Assembly: GCF_001194135.2 (NCBI RefSeq) | Contig: NC_068981.1 | Location: 8,108,406-8,172,125, forward strand | Length of the DNA: 63,720 nucleotides | Direction of reading: 5' to 3' | Origin: Octopus bimaculoides | Lineage: Eukaryota | Part shown: in pieces, positions 12,161 through 25,268 of the stretch | Numbering within the stretch: the stretch's first letter is position 1 | Layout: each line of letters opens with the position of its first letter | The notes under the pieces: generated by a model | Databases searched by the model: none | The model's input: the letters and a program-made list of their open reading frames with translations, nothing else | What the model was told of the DNA's origin: nothing | Program-made: the position numbers and the translations under genes

Positions 12161-13303
12161 GTATCAAATATATTTTTTTCTTATGTTTTGAGATTGTTGT
12201 TCTTTCTTTGCGACTCCAATTGTTGCTGACACTGGTTGGTTTCTAGTGCTCAAGGTGAAAAGAAGCTTTTCCTGCAAATAAAAAGGAAGGGTCATATCCA
12301 TGTGTGTGGGGGGGGAGGGGTTATACAGATGCATGTATGTGAACATATGTCTGTATCTGTATAATGTAACACAGATGGCTGATTGAAACGAAATACTTCT
12401 TATATTAAACTGGAATAGATATTTATATAACGTTTATTCTTCCTAAACTATATATACATATAGATAGATAGATAGATAGATAGATACATACATACATACA
12501 TACATACATACATACATACATACAGAGAACCATATGTATGTGTGCATGTGTGTGTGGCGTGTGTGTGTGCTTGTATGTATATATGTATGCGTGTATATGT
12601 ATAAGTCGTTATGGTCAATCCGCGAAATAATATAGAATAATTCTGCACAGTCATAAAGTTACAAATAGTTAAAAATCCTTCAAATACGAGTAAATCTGGG
12701 AGGCGGAGAGGAAACAAGCAAACAAAAGGTAAATTAAAACAAAAATTCAAAAATGCAACGCAGACTCAGTGATACAAAAGCACGTGTTCGAAAAGTGTGG
12801 GAATATAAAGCGAATAACAACAAACTAAGAAGTGTACGGTGAAGTTTATTACACTAAATACAGAAATGTAAATACGTCTGCGAGTTTCTTGAAAAGTATG
12901 TGCGAGAGAGACAGACATGCTGACAGACAGACTGGTAGACAAACTGACTGACATCTTACTTATGTGTGTATATGTTTCTGTATACGTGTGTTGTGTGTGT
13001 ACTTGTTTAAGTGTGTGTGAAGGTGTGTGATTAATACCGCAAAAATCTGTGGAGCATACGAAGCCGACATGGAGCTGCGAATTAAATTGCTATAACCTGA
13101 CACGACGTAAATGCACTCATTACTTAAGACAACTCCTAGCATTCGCAGACAATCTGCAACCTTTTTCCTGACAAACGATTCAACTGCAAAAACGTAGAAT
13201 TGTTTTAGACTGACACTTAAAGATAATCCTTCAGTGTATATATATATATATACGCTTATATATATACGAGTATATATAAATGCATATGTAGGTAAGCAGG
13301 TAT

Positions 13304-13361
<58 letters not shown>

Positions 13362-13366
13362 GCACT

Positions 13367-13401
<35 letters not shown>

Positions 13402-13605
13402 GTGATAGTGTATGTGTGTACGTATCTGTGTATACCATCGAACGGCTCTAAAACGGTGCGTCTTCGAAAAAAACGGATTTTGATTTTCGAAATATAATTT
13501 GCTACAAGAAATTACTCGACTTTCACATTGCCAAATTTACTTCTCTGTCTCCCATCTGTCTCTTTTTCTTTTACGTTTTTCGCTTCTGGATATATATGTA
13601 CCAGA

Positions 13606-13643
<38 letters not shown>

Positions 13644-13679
13644 TTCTCTGGTTATGTATATCTCTCGTGCATGCTGCTC

Positions 13680-13723
<44 letters not shown>

Positions 13724-14633
13724 ATCTCTCTTTCTCTCTCTTTATATGACATATAATTGCTTTCATTTTATTCAAAACTGCGTCGTTGTAATGTTTTTAC
13801 TTTCATTTTGTGATAGACAGCTATAACACAAGAGATGCTAGCTTCCAAATCTTGTTTTTTGATTGGGTAAAAATGATCAAACTCTAAACTTCTGTAACAT
13901 TTTTCGAAATATTTTTCAGAATAAATTAATCACAAAATCGTATTCAGCGTGAAATATTACATCAATATATCAAATTTGAAAATTTTCACTTTATTATAAA
14001 ATTTCGAAATCTGTCACAAATCTCTCTATATATATTCACTACACTTTTCTCACTCTTTCTCTACATATGTACATCATTCACGCTGATTGTATATGTCCGT
14101 GTGTGTGTGTATGTTAGTGTGTGTTTACGCATGTGTGTGACGAATTTCATCGAAGCAACAAAGTCGAAAGACCTCACAAAGTATCACCAGCGAGCGCAGG
14201 AGAAAACCGAGCATATTATGTTTCGATTAGCTGATAAGCGCACAAGATCCTCCGTCACACAGACTTAGGCGACGATGCCCCATTTCAATTCAAACATTTT
14301 CAATTTCCAGTGAATCTTAGTTTTGCCATGACCATCAAAATGTCGCATGGGCAAACATTTTCGGTTAACGTTTTACACATTGAAGAGTCCTGCTTTACCT
14401 ATGGTCAGCTTTACGTTGGATGTTCTCAAGTAGGAAGTAAAAAAACAATCGTTACATCTATGCATCAATGAAAAAATAATTTTAAATTGCCCTAGATGAT
14501 GCAGAAATCCGTCCTGGTCAACAGGCCTATCCGTTAGGTAAACATGGTCTGACATGGAATAAAACGAAACTGAAATAAAGGCATTCTACAGTGAAAATTT
14601 CCTGGCAACGACGGTCTACTCAGCTAGTATATG

Positions 14634-14665
<32 letters not shown>

Positions 14666-14689
14666 AAGAATCTGAAAATACAGGAGTCT

Positions 14690-14905
14690 TTTAAAAGCAT
14701 TTATTAACTTAACCGGTTTCACTTATTTAAAAAGATTTTCAAAAGTAAAGTGTGAGGATTTGTCTATCGTCTGTGGTGTCAAATATTAGTTACATAAATG
14801 TAAGCTAATTTTAGACATCCCAGAGGAGACACAAAGCTTCAAACTTTACTTCTGAAAATCTTTTTTAAACAAATGAAACCGGTTAAGTTAATAAATACCT
14901 TTAAA
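14690..14905. mobile_element. Imperfect foldback palindrome (~105-bp arms), MITE-like, right side cut by a gap
   Basis: atttattaacttaaccggtttca...aaagattttca vs tgaaaatcttttt...tgaaaccggttaagttaataaat; centre near 14795. Confidence 0.75.
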
Positions 14906-15962
14906 NNNNNNNNNNNNNNNNNNNNNNNNNNNNNNNNNNNNNNNNNNNNNNNNNNNNNNNNNNNNNNNNNNNNNNNNNNNNNNNNNNNNNNNNNNNNNNN
15001 NNNNNNNNNNNNNNNNNNNNNNNNNNNNNNNNNNNNNNNNNNNNNNNNNNNNNNNNNNNNNNNNNNNNNNNNNNNNNNNNNNNNNNNNNNNNNNNNNNNN
15101 NNNNNNNNNNNNNNNNNNNNNNNNNNNNNNNNNNNNNNNNNNNNNNNNNNNNNNNNNNNNNNNNNNNNNNNNNNNNNNNNNNNNNNNNNNNNNNNNNNNN
15201 NNNNNNNNNNNNNNNNNNNNNNNNNNNNNNNNNNNNNNNNNNNNNNNNNNNNNNNNNNNNNNNNNNNNNNNNNNNNNNNNNNNNNNNNNNNNNNNNNNNN
15301 NNNNNNNNNNNNNNNNNNNNNNNNNNNNNNNNNNNNNNNNNNNNNNNNNNNNNNNNNNNNNNNNNNNNNNNNNNNNNNNNNNNNNNNNNNNNNNNNNNNN
15401 NNNNNNNNNNNNNNNNNNNNNNNNNNNNNNNNNNNNNNNNNNNNNNNNNNNNNNNNNNNNNNNNNNNNNNNNNNNNNNNNNNNNNNNNNNNNNNNNNNNN
15501 NNNNNNNNNNNNNNNNNNNNNNNNNNNNNNNNNNNNNNNNNNNNNNNNNNNNNNNNNNNNNNNNNNNNNNNNNNNNNNNNNNNNNNNNNNNNNNNNNNNN
15601 NNNNNNNNNNNNNNNNNNNNNNNNNNNNNNNNNNNNNNNNNNNNNNNNNNNNNNNNNNNNNNNNNNNNNNNNNNNNNNNNNNNNNNNNNNNNNNNNNNNN
15701 NNNNNNNNNNNNNNNNNNNNNNNNNNNNNNNNNNNNNNNNNNNNNNCTGGTGAATCTGATGGTGGTGAAAGTTTTATGCCAAAGTTGCTCTTGCTATTAT
15801 TATATTGTTGAAATTACATACATATATACATTCAGGCATGTGTGTATGTATGTGTGTGTGTGGTGTGGTGTGTTCGAAATGTTTAAAACAATGGGATTAT
15901 GGTTATGGACCCAGGTGCAAGCTTTTCAGTGAAAAACTAGAAGATTCATATTTGCTTATGGC

Positions 15963-16081
15963 AAGAAGAAGAAGAAGAAGAAGAAGAAGAAGAAGAAGAA
16001 GAAGAAGAAGAAGAAGAAGAAGAAGAAGAAGAAGAAGAAGAAGAAGAAGAAGAAGAAGAAGAAGAAGAAGAAGAAGAAGAA
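15963..16081. repeat. (AGA)n microsatellite
   Basis: Direct reading; source of the poly-R and poly-L ORFs. Confidence 0.98.
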
Positions 16082-16544
16082 TGATTTTGAAGACACGAGT
16101 AAAGGAGGCCCTATACGTAGCAAAACTCATTCGAATCCCAAACTTTAACCGAATTGGTCGGTTCGATGCTAGTATAGTTGACCACTCCAGTGTCCATGTA
16201 CCAAAACAATCTAATTATAAACTATTATTAAAAAGCATATTTGACTTAATTATTTTAAAATGTTGTCTTTCTTTGGTGGTCTGGAGATACATACACAGAA
16301 TGCAAAACTTCATTGTTCTATATTGCATTTAACTGAGAGGAGACATTTATCTAATAGCTGTGGTTGTGAACACAAATCTTCAGTTGATCTAAAACATTAT
16401 CGTCGTTTTGAAGCTCATTTTCATTCGCAAAAAATAGCTATATTCACTACGGAGTCGACATTTATCAACATAAGCGTATCCATTAAACATAGAGGTGTGC
16501 CCAAGCCCAAACATTGGGACCGTTAAAAAAAAAACGAAGCCTAA

Positions 16545-17330
16545 AAATAGACCTAAGAAGATTATATAGTCCAATCCTACTCATTTTCTTGAATGCTAAG
16601 ACTAACATAATTAGAAAATTTCTGTCCTTCAGAGATAAGCATTTCCCGAATAGCCATAGGTATAAGAAAATTTGTAATAGACAATCCGTGAACGTTTCTT
16701 ACAGCTGCTTCCCCATGAAATCATATTTTCGTGTAAGTCACACCAAGTTCCTACTTCAAAATGTAACTTTAGGAACCCAAATAATGGCCCACTCGACCAG
16801 ACATGCCTGACTTAGCTCTCCATCGTTTACGACGATGGGTGTTCCAGTTGATTCGATCAACGGAACAGCCTGCTCGTGACATTAACGTGTAAATGGCTGA
16901 GAACTCCACAGGGTGGTTCAGCATGACACACCAGGCAGGCATGGTTAGCTCAGTCGTATACGAAACCAAGGTCATCTCAGTTATTGCAAACTAATGACAC
17001 TGAAAATAAAAAAAATATATTGGGCTATATGAAATTGACTTTATAAAAATAGGTTAACCACTGGTCTTCTTTCGAGTCGTTTATGAGAAGAAAGCCACTG
17101 AGCTAGATACCCGTATCTGGAACGTGGAGGCCAAGCATACTTACATATCATCAAGTGGAGAATCGTTAGGTGATCTACACCATACATTTTGGGGTCAACA
17201 CAGTGCAATCATTGTATAGCTGCAAGAACGCATATCCTTTTCTAAATCTTAAAACTCCATTGACCTACTGAACGAAATCGTAAATTTTAACAAATTTACA
17301 AACATCTCGACAATTTCTGCTATCGAACTA
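16545..17330 (+). pseudogene. Penelope-like element ORF relic (RT-EN linker plus GIY-YIG endonuclease), interrupted by a SINE
   Basis: Across frameshifts reads RPKKII*SNP / KTNIIRKFLSFRDKHFPNSHRYKKICNRQSVNVSYSC / KCNFRNPNNGPLDQTCLT / SVVYETKV / KKYIGLYEIDF / ATELDTRIW / IKWRIVR*STPYILGSTQCNHC, the motif order of PLE C-termini. Confidence 0.85.
16819..16944 (-). mobile_element. SINE family B 3' fragment inserted in the PLE relic
   Basis: gttccagttgattcgatcaacggaacagcctgctcgtg matches 6808-6850; ttagctc duplicated at 16812-16818 and 16945-16951. Confidence 0.75.
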
Positions 17331-17674
17331 AAAAAAAAACCCGCTCTCTCCGGATTAAGCAGAGAGTCGTATAAACTTTAGCCTTTTTCCATCGGGTTAA
17401 CCCCATCAACCATTACTAATTCCCATTCTAATAGACCAAAGGAATATAACTCTTATTTCCCTTCCCTCCAAACCTTCCTTTTCTCACATTTCTGTTGTTT
17501 TTTCTCGTTCTTTCTCGCTCATCTCAGATTCCAGCTATGCTTATTTGGGGCCTGAACGATTGTAGGAGAGCGTACTTTAGGCTACACAAAATTGTCCGGA
17601 TACTGTACTATCTAAGCATGAATATTGTGGGAGCTCACATTTAAAGCCTCTGTTAATTATATGTTATATACATG

Positions 17675-18045
17675 GGCGCAGGCGTGGTAAGAAGTTTGTT
17701 TCCCAATCAAATGGTTCCGGGTTCAGTCCCACTGCATGGCACCGAGGGCAAGTGTCCTCTATTATAGTCTGGAGCCGACTACTGAGTGGATTTGTTAGAA
17801 AGAAACTGAAAGAATACCACTGAGTGTATTTGTTCATGTATGTACCAATGTGTGTATGTTTGTGCCCCACCATCGCTTGACAACTGACGTTGGTTTGTTT
17901 ACATCACCCCGTAAATTAGCGGTTCGGCACAGAATAAGTACCAGGTTTTAAGAATAAATACAGGGGTCGATGTGTTCGAGTAAACTCAAGGCGGTGCCCC
18001 AGCATGGCCGCTGTCCAATGAGTGAAAGAGGTAAACGATGATGTA
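17675..18045 (+). mobile_element. SINE family D, near full length
   Basis: ggcgcaggcgtggtaagaag...gggttcagtccc head; body ends ggcggtgccccagcatggccgc. Confidence 0.85.
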
Positions 18046-18057
18046 AACGATGACATA

Positions 18058-18221
18058 TGTATGGCTGTGTGGTTAGAAGTTTGTTTCCCAAACCACATGG
18101 TTCTAGGTTCAGTCTAGCTGCGTGCCAACTTCGGGAAGTGTCTTTTACTATAGCCCCGGGCCGACCAAAGGCAAAAGACCGGATTTAGTAGACGGAAAAT
18201 TAAGGAAACCCGTCTTTTATA
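18058..18221 (+). mobile_element. SINE family D, 5' part running into a gap
   Basis: atggctgtgtggttagaagtttg...gggccgaccaaagg...gtagacggaaa. Confidence 0.8.
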
Positions 18222-18920
18222 NNNNNNNNNNNNNNNNNNNNNNNNNNNNNNNNNNNNNNNNNNNNNNNNNNNNNNNNNNNNNNNNNNNNNNNNNNNNNNN
18301 NNNNNNNNNNNNNNNNNNNNNNNNNNNNNNNNNNNNNNNNNNNNNNNNNNNNNNNNNNNNNNNNNNNNNNNNNNNNNNNNNNNNNNNNNNNNNNNNNNNN
18401 NNNNNNNNNNNNNNNNNNNNNNNNNNNNNNNNNNNNNNNNNNNNNNNNNNNNNNNNNNNNNNNNNNNNNNNNNNNNNNNNNNNNNNNNNNNNNNNNNNNN
18501 NNNNNNNNNNNNNNNNNNNNNNNNNNNNNNNNNNNNNNNNNNNNNNNNNNNNNNNNNNNNNNNNNNNNNNNNNNNNNNNNNNNNNNNNNNNNNNNNNNNN
18601 NNNNNNNNNNNNNNNNNNNNNNNNNNNNNNNNNNNNNNNNNNNNNNNNNNNNNNNNNNNNNNNNNNNNNNNNNNNNNNNNNNNNNNNNNNNNNNNNNNNN
18701 NNNNNNNNNNNNNNNNNNNNNNNNNNNNNNNNNNNNNNNNNNNNNNNNNNNNNNNNNNNNNNNNNNNNNNNNNNNNNNNNNNNNNNNNNNNNNNNNNNNN
18801 NNNNNNNNNNNNNNNNNNNNNNNNNNNNNNNNNNNNNNNNNNNNNNNNNNNNNNNNNNNNNNNNNNNNNNNNNNNNNNNNNNNNNNNNNNNNNNNNNNNN
18901 NNNNNNNNNNNNNNNNNNNN

Positions 18921-18983
<63 letters not shown>

Positions 18984-20015
18984 TTCAAAGTCTTTTCGGT
19001 AAACTTAACGAAAACTGTCTTAAATGATTCCTGCATGTAACGGAAACACCGCAGAGAACCTGTTGAAGAATGAATAGCTCTTCAATTGCAATTTAACAAT
19101 TGTTTGCAACTATGGAACTTAGTAATTACTGTTCTTGGTGGGGGGAACGTCTAGGAGGACTCTTATATAATGGTCCTTCCAAAATTCTTTATTTTCCAGT
19201 GGTGAGAGAAAGATCAAGAATTGAAACTTCCATTTTAATCGTGACGAAAGGAAATTAATATTTGACCGAGTGGAAAGAAAAGACATTCCTATTGATACAA
19301 ATGGTTGACGTAAATACAATGCTAAACTCTTCACTCATATACGTATTAGAAGTGAAGAATTTATCGGCTCGGTTTGATTCCTTCTTCTCTGTTCCGTCTT
19401 CTTCCTCTTACTATCCTTCTGTTCCTGTTACTCCAACCACTTCCGAATGGCTGTCAATAAGTTTCGTTAATTGTACCAGAATATGATTTGGGTGGAAAGG
19501 ACGGTCAATGTTTAACGAGTTCTGTTTATGGTGGTCTCTTTTATGTGCCAGAACTGTGAACAATAATTGATGCCACGAGGTCACGGGGTTCCTAGCAAAA
19601 GACCAGTTCTACTTTCTCGGACAAGATCAAGGATTTACTGATCGAGGAGAAACAGAAAGTCCTCAAGTTGCAGCATATATCGCTCAGGGTGAAAAGAAAT
19701 CAATGGAACTGTTTGTAGCGTTTGATCAGATATGCGCTTAATCAACTAATTATAAAAGGCTACTTAATTGAGTTTAATTAAAAGGTGACAATAGCATAAA
19801 GCTAAAATGTCCAAAAATACATGGGGAACAGATTAAAGAAGGAAACAATTATATTTCAAAAAGTGCGATATTATAAATCAATCGACGGTTTTTACTCTGT
19901 AATGTTTTCAAAGAAGTAGTACGGCAGGAGTTGTTTTCGTAACACATGGCATTCTGAGTTCGAATCCACGCACATCACTTTAAACATGTGTTTCTTACTA
20001 TGGCTTAGAGTGGAT

Positions 20016-20050
<35 letters not shown>

Positions 20051-20088
20051 NNNNNNNNNNNNNNNNNNNACTATGGCTTAGAGTGGAT

Positions 20089-20129
<41 letters not shown>

Positions 20130-20146
20130 TATTCTTATGTATGAAT

Positions 20147-20462
20147 CGTCGGGCTCACAATCACGAGGTAGTGACTTCGATTCCCGGACTGCTCTGTGTG
20201 TTGTGTTCTTGAGCAAGACACTTTATTTCACATTGCTGCAGTTCACTCAGCTGTAGAAATGAGTTACAACGTCCCTGGTCTCAAGCTGTATCGTCCCCTT
20301 TGCCATATCTCTTGGATAACATCAGTGATGAGGAGAGAGGAGGCTGGTATGCATGGGTGACTGTTGGTCTTCCATAAACAACGTTGCCCAGACTTGTGCC
20401 TCGGAGGGTAACTTTCTAGATAAAATCCCATAGTCATTCATGACCGAATGGGGTCTTTATTT
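20147..20462 (+). mobile_element. SINE family C (family B-like head, different 3' body), followed by (TATG)n
   Basis: ttcgattcccgg...ttgagcaagacactttatttcacattgc shared with 34650-34710; diverges after cagctgtagaaatgag. Confidence 0.7.
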
Positions 20463-21390
20463 ACTTACTTTACCGTATGTATGTATGTATGTATGTATGT
20501 ATGTATGTGTGTATGTATGTATGTATGTATGTATGTATGCATGTGTGTGTGTGTATGTATGTATGCATGTATGTATGTATGTATGTATGTATGCATGTGT
20601 GTGTGTGTATGTATGTATGCATGTATGTATGTATGTATGCATGTTCTCTTGTATTTTTAATTATTTAATTTTCGTTCCTCTGAAGAAGGAGCAAGTGATT
20701 AACAAAGATACATCTTTGGGATGTAAATAACGAAATCAATGTCACATTTTAAACTTGATAAATATCTTGCATATTTTTACTGTTCCCCTTACAAATTGTA
20801 TTTGAAATATGCGAGTTAGTTGATTGACTTCTTTTTCTGAAAATCCAAGCTTATCCAGATTGTCACTTAAGGCATTTACTCACAAACTCAAGCGCACCAA
20901 TTATTATTGGTCTAAATGTAAAACTTTAATCTGAATATAGAAGCTAGAGGTTTCGAAAGGTTGTCCACAGTTATCTTCTTTGCCTTTGATGTATCTAAGT
21001 ATGTAATATTCAACATTACAGACCTTAACCATAAGACAAATAGATTCTAGCGCATTCCCGATGGGGGTTTTAACTCAATGCCTACTGTAGTTTATTATCT
21101 TCGAATAAATTTGTGCAAAAAAAAACATTTCAGTCGTTTATCCATTAAATCAATATTTACTTGGCAATTTCTGTTCGGAATATTTTTGTCATGTTTCATT
21201 CATTAGTAATGACACAATGGGAAAAAAACTGTCCAATACAATTGTCTTGGAATGTTAAATATCATAGGCTAAACAGTTAAACGATGGGTTGAACCTAATC
21301 TGTTGTAAACAACATTGATTTGTAAATAACATTGATCTCAACAAAACAACACACGCATGAGAACACACATAAACTACACACAGATAGCTG

Positions 21391-21457
21391 CAGTGACACA
21401 TTCGGATACTGAGAAGTAGCCAGGTATATATGCACACGCTCGCATGCCCACACATGC

Positions 21458-21521
<64 letters not shown>

Positions 21522-21704
21522 CCACGCTCACACACGCGCGCGCTCACATGAACAGTGAAACATTCAGATAGAAAAACGCAGCTCGGAACATATACACACA
21601 TGTACAGACACAGCCACACACACATACACATAGAGTGAGGCATCCAGATACAAAAAAAGGTAGCGAAGAATACATAGACACATGCACAGACACATCTACA
21701 CACT

Positions 21705-21738
<34 letters not shown>

Positions 21739-21795
21739 CACACACACACACACACAGTGAGACATTCAGATAGAAAAAGGCAGAAAGGAATATAT
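21391..21795. repeat. Four ~40-bp degenerate units separated by (CA)n-rich spacers
   Basis: agtgaNNcatYcRgata core at 21392, 21554, 21634 and 21756. Confidence 0.7.
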
Positions 21796-22202
21796 ACATA
21801 CATACACACACAAACACAGATATATATGTACGTGTATATATATATATATANNNNNNNNNNNNNNNNNNNNNNNNNNNNNNNNNNNNNNNNNNNNNNNNNN
21901 NNNNNNNNNNNNNNNNNNNNNNNNNNNNNNNNNNNNNNNNNNNNNNNNNNNNNNNNNNNNNNNNNNNNNNNNNNNNNNNNNNNNNNNNNNNNNNNNNNNN
22001 NNNNNNNNNNNNNNNNNNNNNNNNNNNNNNNNNNNNNNNNNNNNNNNNNNNNNNNNNNNNNNNNNNNNNNNNNNNNNNNNNNNNNNNNNNNNNNNNNNNN
22101 NNNNNNNNNNNNNNNNNNNNNNNNNNNNNNNNNNNNNNNNNNNNNNNNNNNNNNNNNNNNNNNNNNNNNNNNNNNNNNNNNNNNNNNNNNNNNNNNNNNN
22201 NN

Positions 22203-22240
<38 letters not shown>

Positions 22241-23050
22241 AGGCGACATCTTACATCAATAACAACAACCACAAAAACAAGACGTTTTCTCTTGGGTTGT
22301 AAACGGGTTATAAAATTACGATTTAAAATTTAAAACAATTATAAATTTATGAGAAAAAAACACATTTCCTGCTCATCAGATTAGAATGCATTGACATTTT
22401 GTGTAAAACATTGAAGTCTAACATGTGTAGATTGCACTTCGTTTCTGTTATTATTATTGTTATTGTTGTTGTTCTTGTTGCTTTTGTTGTTTCTGCTGTT
22501 GTTGTTGCTGGTGTTATTACTATTACCGTCGTTGTCGACGCTGTTGTTTTTCTTGCTCTTGTTCTTGCTGTTGTCACTCTAGTTGCAGCTGCAATTTCTG
22601 TTGTTGTCTTTGTCGTATTTGTTGTTGTTGTTGTTCAATCTCAGTTCCAACCTTTATATCGTCTAACATCGTCAAAAACACTTTCTTCTATTCATTCAAA
22701 CAAAGTATTGAGCATTGTAGAATCAAATGTCTATTATTTTACAGATGATAAGCTTGAATATGCTTTGAGGGAGATTTACTGCTATTTCTACGAGTTCAGC
22801 ATCACCTTAGAGGCCTATTTTTTTTCTTTTACTTCTGGCTATCGAGTTCCTGTGGTTAATTTTGTTTCTACTTGTCCATTGTATTCGGCTTAATTGCATA
22901 AACATTTTCTGGATCNNNNNNNNNNNNNNNNNNNNNNNNNNNNNNNNNNNNNNNNNNNNNNNNNNNNNNNNNNNNNNNNNNNNNNNNNNNNNNNNNNNNN
23001 NNNNNNNNNNNNNNNNNNNNNNNNNNNNNNNNNNNNNNNNNNNNNNNNNN

Positions 23051-23084
<34 letters not shown>

Positions 23085-23480
23085 CGTAACTCATTATTCA
23101 GTTATATCTCAAGATATCTTGCCAATAAAGAGAGTCGGTTCCTAACTTAGGTTCAAGGTTCGTTCATTGAAATTTCACCAACATCAATAGGGTTTTTTTT
23201 ACATGTATGTGTGTATATGTGCAGTATTTGGAGTCAGCGCATGTGCAGATTTGTATGTTTTGCTTTATGTATATATTCTTATGCATATAGTTGCATGTCT
23301 AGACATGCTCATATATATTTAAATGATAAACTACTAGAAAGTTTTATAAATCTTTACAGTTCCAGTGATGACTTATATCTGTAGTCTTCGAATCAGCTTT
23401 CTCCTTTCTAGTTTTGAGAAACCTAATTTCTCAAAATTGGGACTACTTTCTCGAGTGTCTTACATATCCTAGTGCCACCC
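23085..23480 (-). mobile_element. 3' end of an R4/Dong-like non-LTR retrotransposon (C-terminus plus probable 3' UTR)
   Basis: Minus strand reads VALGYV, then after a frameshift NFEKLGFSKLERRKLIRRLQI*VITGTVKIYKTF, resembling the GALG...LQ...GT..I C-terminus of R4-clade ORFs. Confidence 0.55.
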
Positions 23481-23693
23481 GTCACCTAAATGGTTCTGGA
23501 TATGCCCCTGTGTATTGCAAAACAACATAACATATTTTATGAAGCAAAAATACAAGTCTATGACACGATGTGAGGTGTTATTACGCTGTAGACACCAGAA
23601 TAACTCATTCTTAAAACCTGGATCGATAAGTAAAACTTTACAGAGAATCGATGACGCAATGACAGGGAGAATAGCAGTGGGAACACACATTAT

Positions 23694-23729
<36 letters not shown>

Positions 23730-23739
23730 NNNNNNNNNN

Positions 23740-23782
<43 letters not shown>

Positions 23783-24992
23783 GACAGACAGACAGACAGA
23801 GAGAGAGAGGGAGGAAAGAATTAAATTAAACATTTCAGATAGTGAGCTTGATTTACAGAGAGCTCACCTCTTACTTTACAGTTTTCACCCCTGAATCTGT
23901 AAAGCATAAAAGAATTAAAATATTAAGTTGCAGTTAATTGAATTTCGTGTGTTTGGCGGAGGCACAGACAATTATTATGTCCTTTTGATTTGGGCAAGTG
24001 ATTACGTCCCTTTACAATGTGAGTTTAGATCCTACGTTAGTCTACTTTTCTTTTCCTGCTTCCGAAGACGATGCCAAATACTGAGGTCAGACTAATAAAA
24101 TTATGATGCCCTTGAAGAGGATGTGGTCACATGGCCGCAATTCTTCGAATTAATAAAATACATAAAAAGAATAAACGCTAAAATTATTTCTATTTTAATC
24201 TTAGTACATGAATGAACTCCAGACAGCTTTCAAATCTTATTGTATCATGTGAAAAATTTTGAAAAGTATTATTTTGGCAATATTTTAAGACTTTTCTAAA
24301 TATTTATAAACACTTCTAATATTTGACAGTCACAAAAAGATATTGATAAGAATCGGAGATTTGACAATCACATAAAAGCTCACAGTTTTAGCTAAGATTA
24401 ACAATTTATTGATGATTTTTGCATAGATTAATGTAAATATGCCAACATTGCTTCGTCTGTTCCGTTGTGTGACTAAATATAGGATTATTGATTTACACTT
24501 GTGTGTACAGATAATCTGTCATTGATACAGTCTTCTCTATATTTCACTCCCAACTGTTTAAATGAACAAATATACAAAATTTTCTCTTCTTATTTATATA
24601 TTAGTCTGTTACCCGTCTTATGATGTGCAATTATGTTTTTGCCACCATGGGTAATATTTGAAAATCTGGTACACATGTAATAATTATCAACTAACTTTAA
24701 TCAAATTTAAATTTTTTGGTGGTTATACAAAATGATAAAATGAAATTTCTATTTTCAAAAGAAAAATATTTATTACTCTGCCATTTATTTTCTTCTACTC
24801 TTCTTCCTTTCTTTGTTTCTGTGGTTCTTTGTATCTCACTGAAAGTGTAATGTTCTTTTACTCATTGTGTGTCACAAGAGCGAGTATCTGTGCTTATATT
24901 GTATCTATTATGTTTAAATTTCTCCGTATTTCTCGTTTACGCTCTCACTACTTTTCTCTTCATATGACGTAAAATGTAACTTGCAAAATCAA

Positions 24993-25268
24993 CCAGTCGG
25001 CACGTGTACACTTAACGTAGTTCTCAGGGAGATTCAGCGTGACACGGAGTATGACAAGGCTGGCCCTTTGAATTACACGCACAACAGAAACAGGAAGAAA
25101 GAGTGAGAGAGAGTTGTGATGAAAGAGTACGGCACCCCCTGCCGGAGCCTCGTGGAGCTTTAGGTGTTTTTGCTCAATAAACACTCACAACGCCCGATAT
25201 GGGAATCGAAACCGCGATCCTAAGAGCGCGGATCCGCTGCCCTAATCACTGGGCCATTGCGCCTCCAC
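24993..25268 (-). mobile_element. SINE family E (distinct tRNA head, 3' module shared with family B)
   Basis: Minus strand ggaggcgcaatggcccagtgattagggc...gtttcgattccc; tacacttaacgtagttctcagggagattcagcgtgacac...gacaaggctggcccttt matches 6887-6950. Confidence 0.8.

Noticed and set aside
12170-12300. Minus-strand acceptor-like tract (ccttcctttttatttgcag) followed by a short open frame
   Set aside because: No donor site and no protein similarity; such tracts are common in AT-rich DNA
19100-19700. Faint PLE-like words (ILDLSL on the minus strand, DGQCLTSSVY on the plus strand)
   Set aside because: They are on opposite strands and no ordered motif series supports them
19991-20110. ctatggcttagagtggatcaat(at)n duplicated on both sides of a 19-N gap
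   Set aside because: Most likely an unmerged contig overlap (assembly artefact)
21391-21795. CRISPR-like repeat/spacer appearance
   Set aside because: Eukaryotic context, degenerate repeats, microsatellite spacers of unequal length and no cas genes
22360-22385. Minus-strand ctgatga-gcag-gaaa; similar ctgatga-c-gaaa near 44925
   Set aside because: No stems can form; chance core-like words
22399-22893. 164-aa hydrophobic ORF resembling a membrane protein
   Set aside because: The hydrophobic part is a degenerate (GTT)n microsatellite
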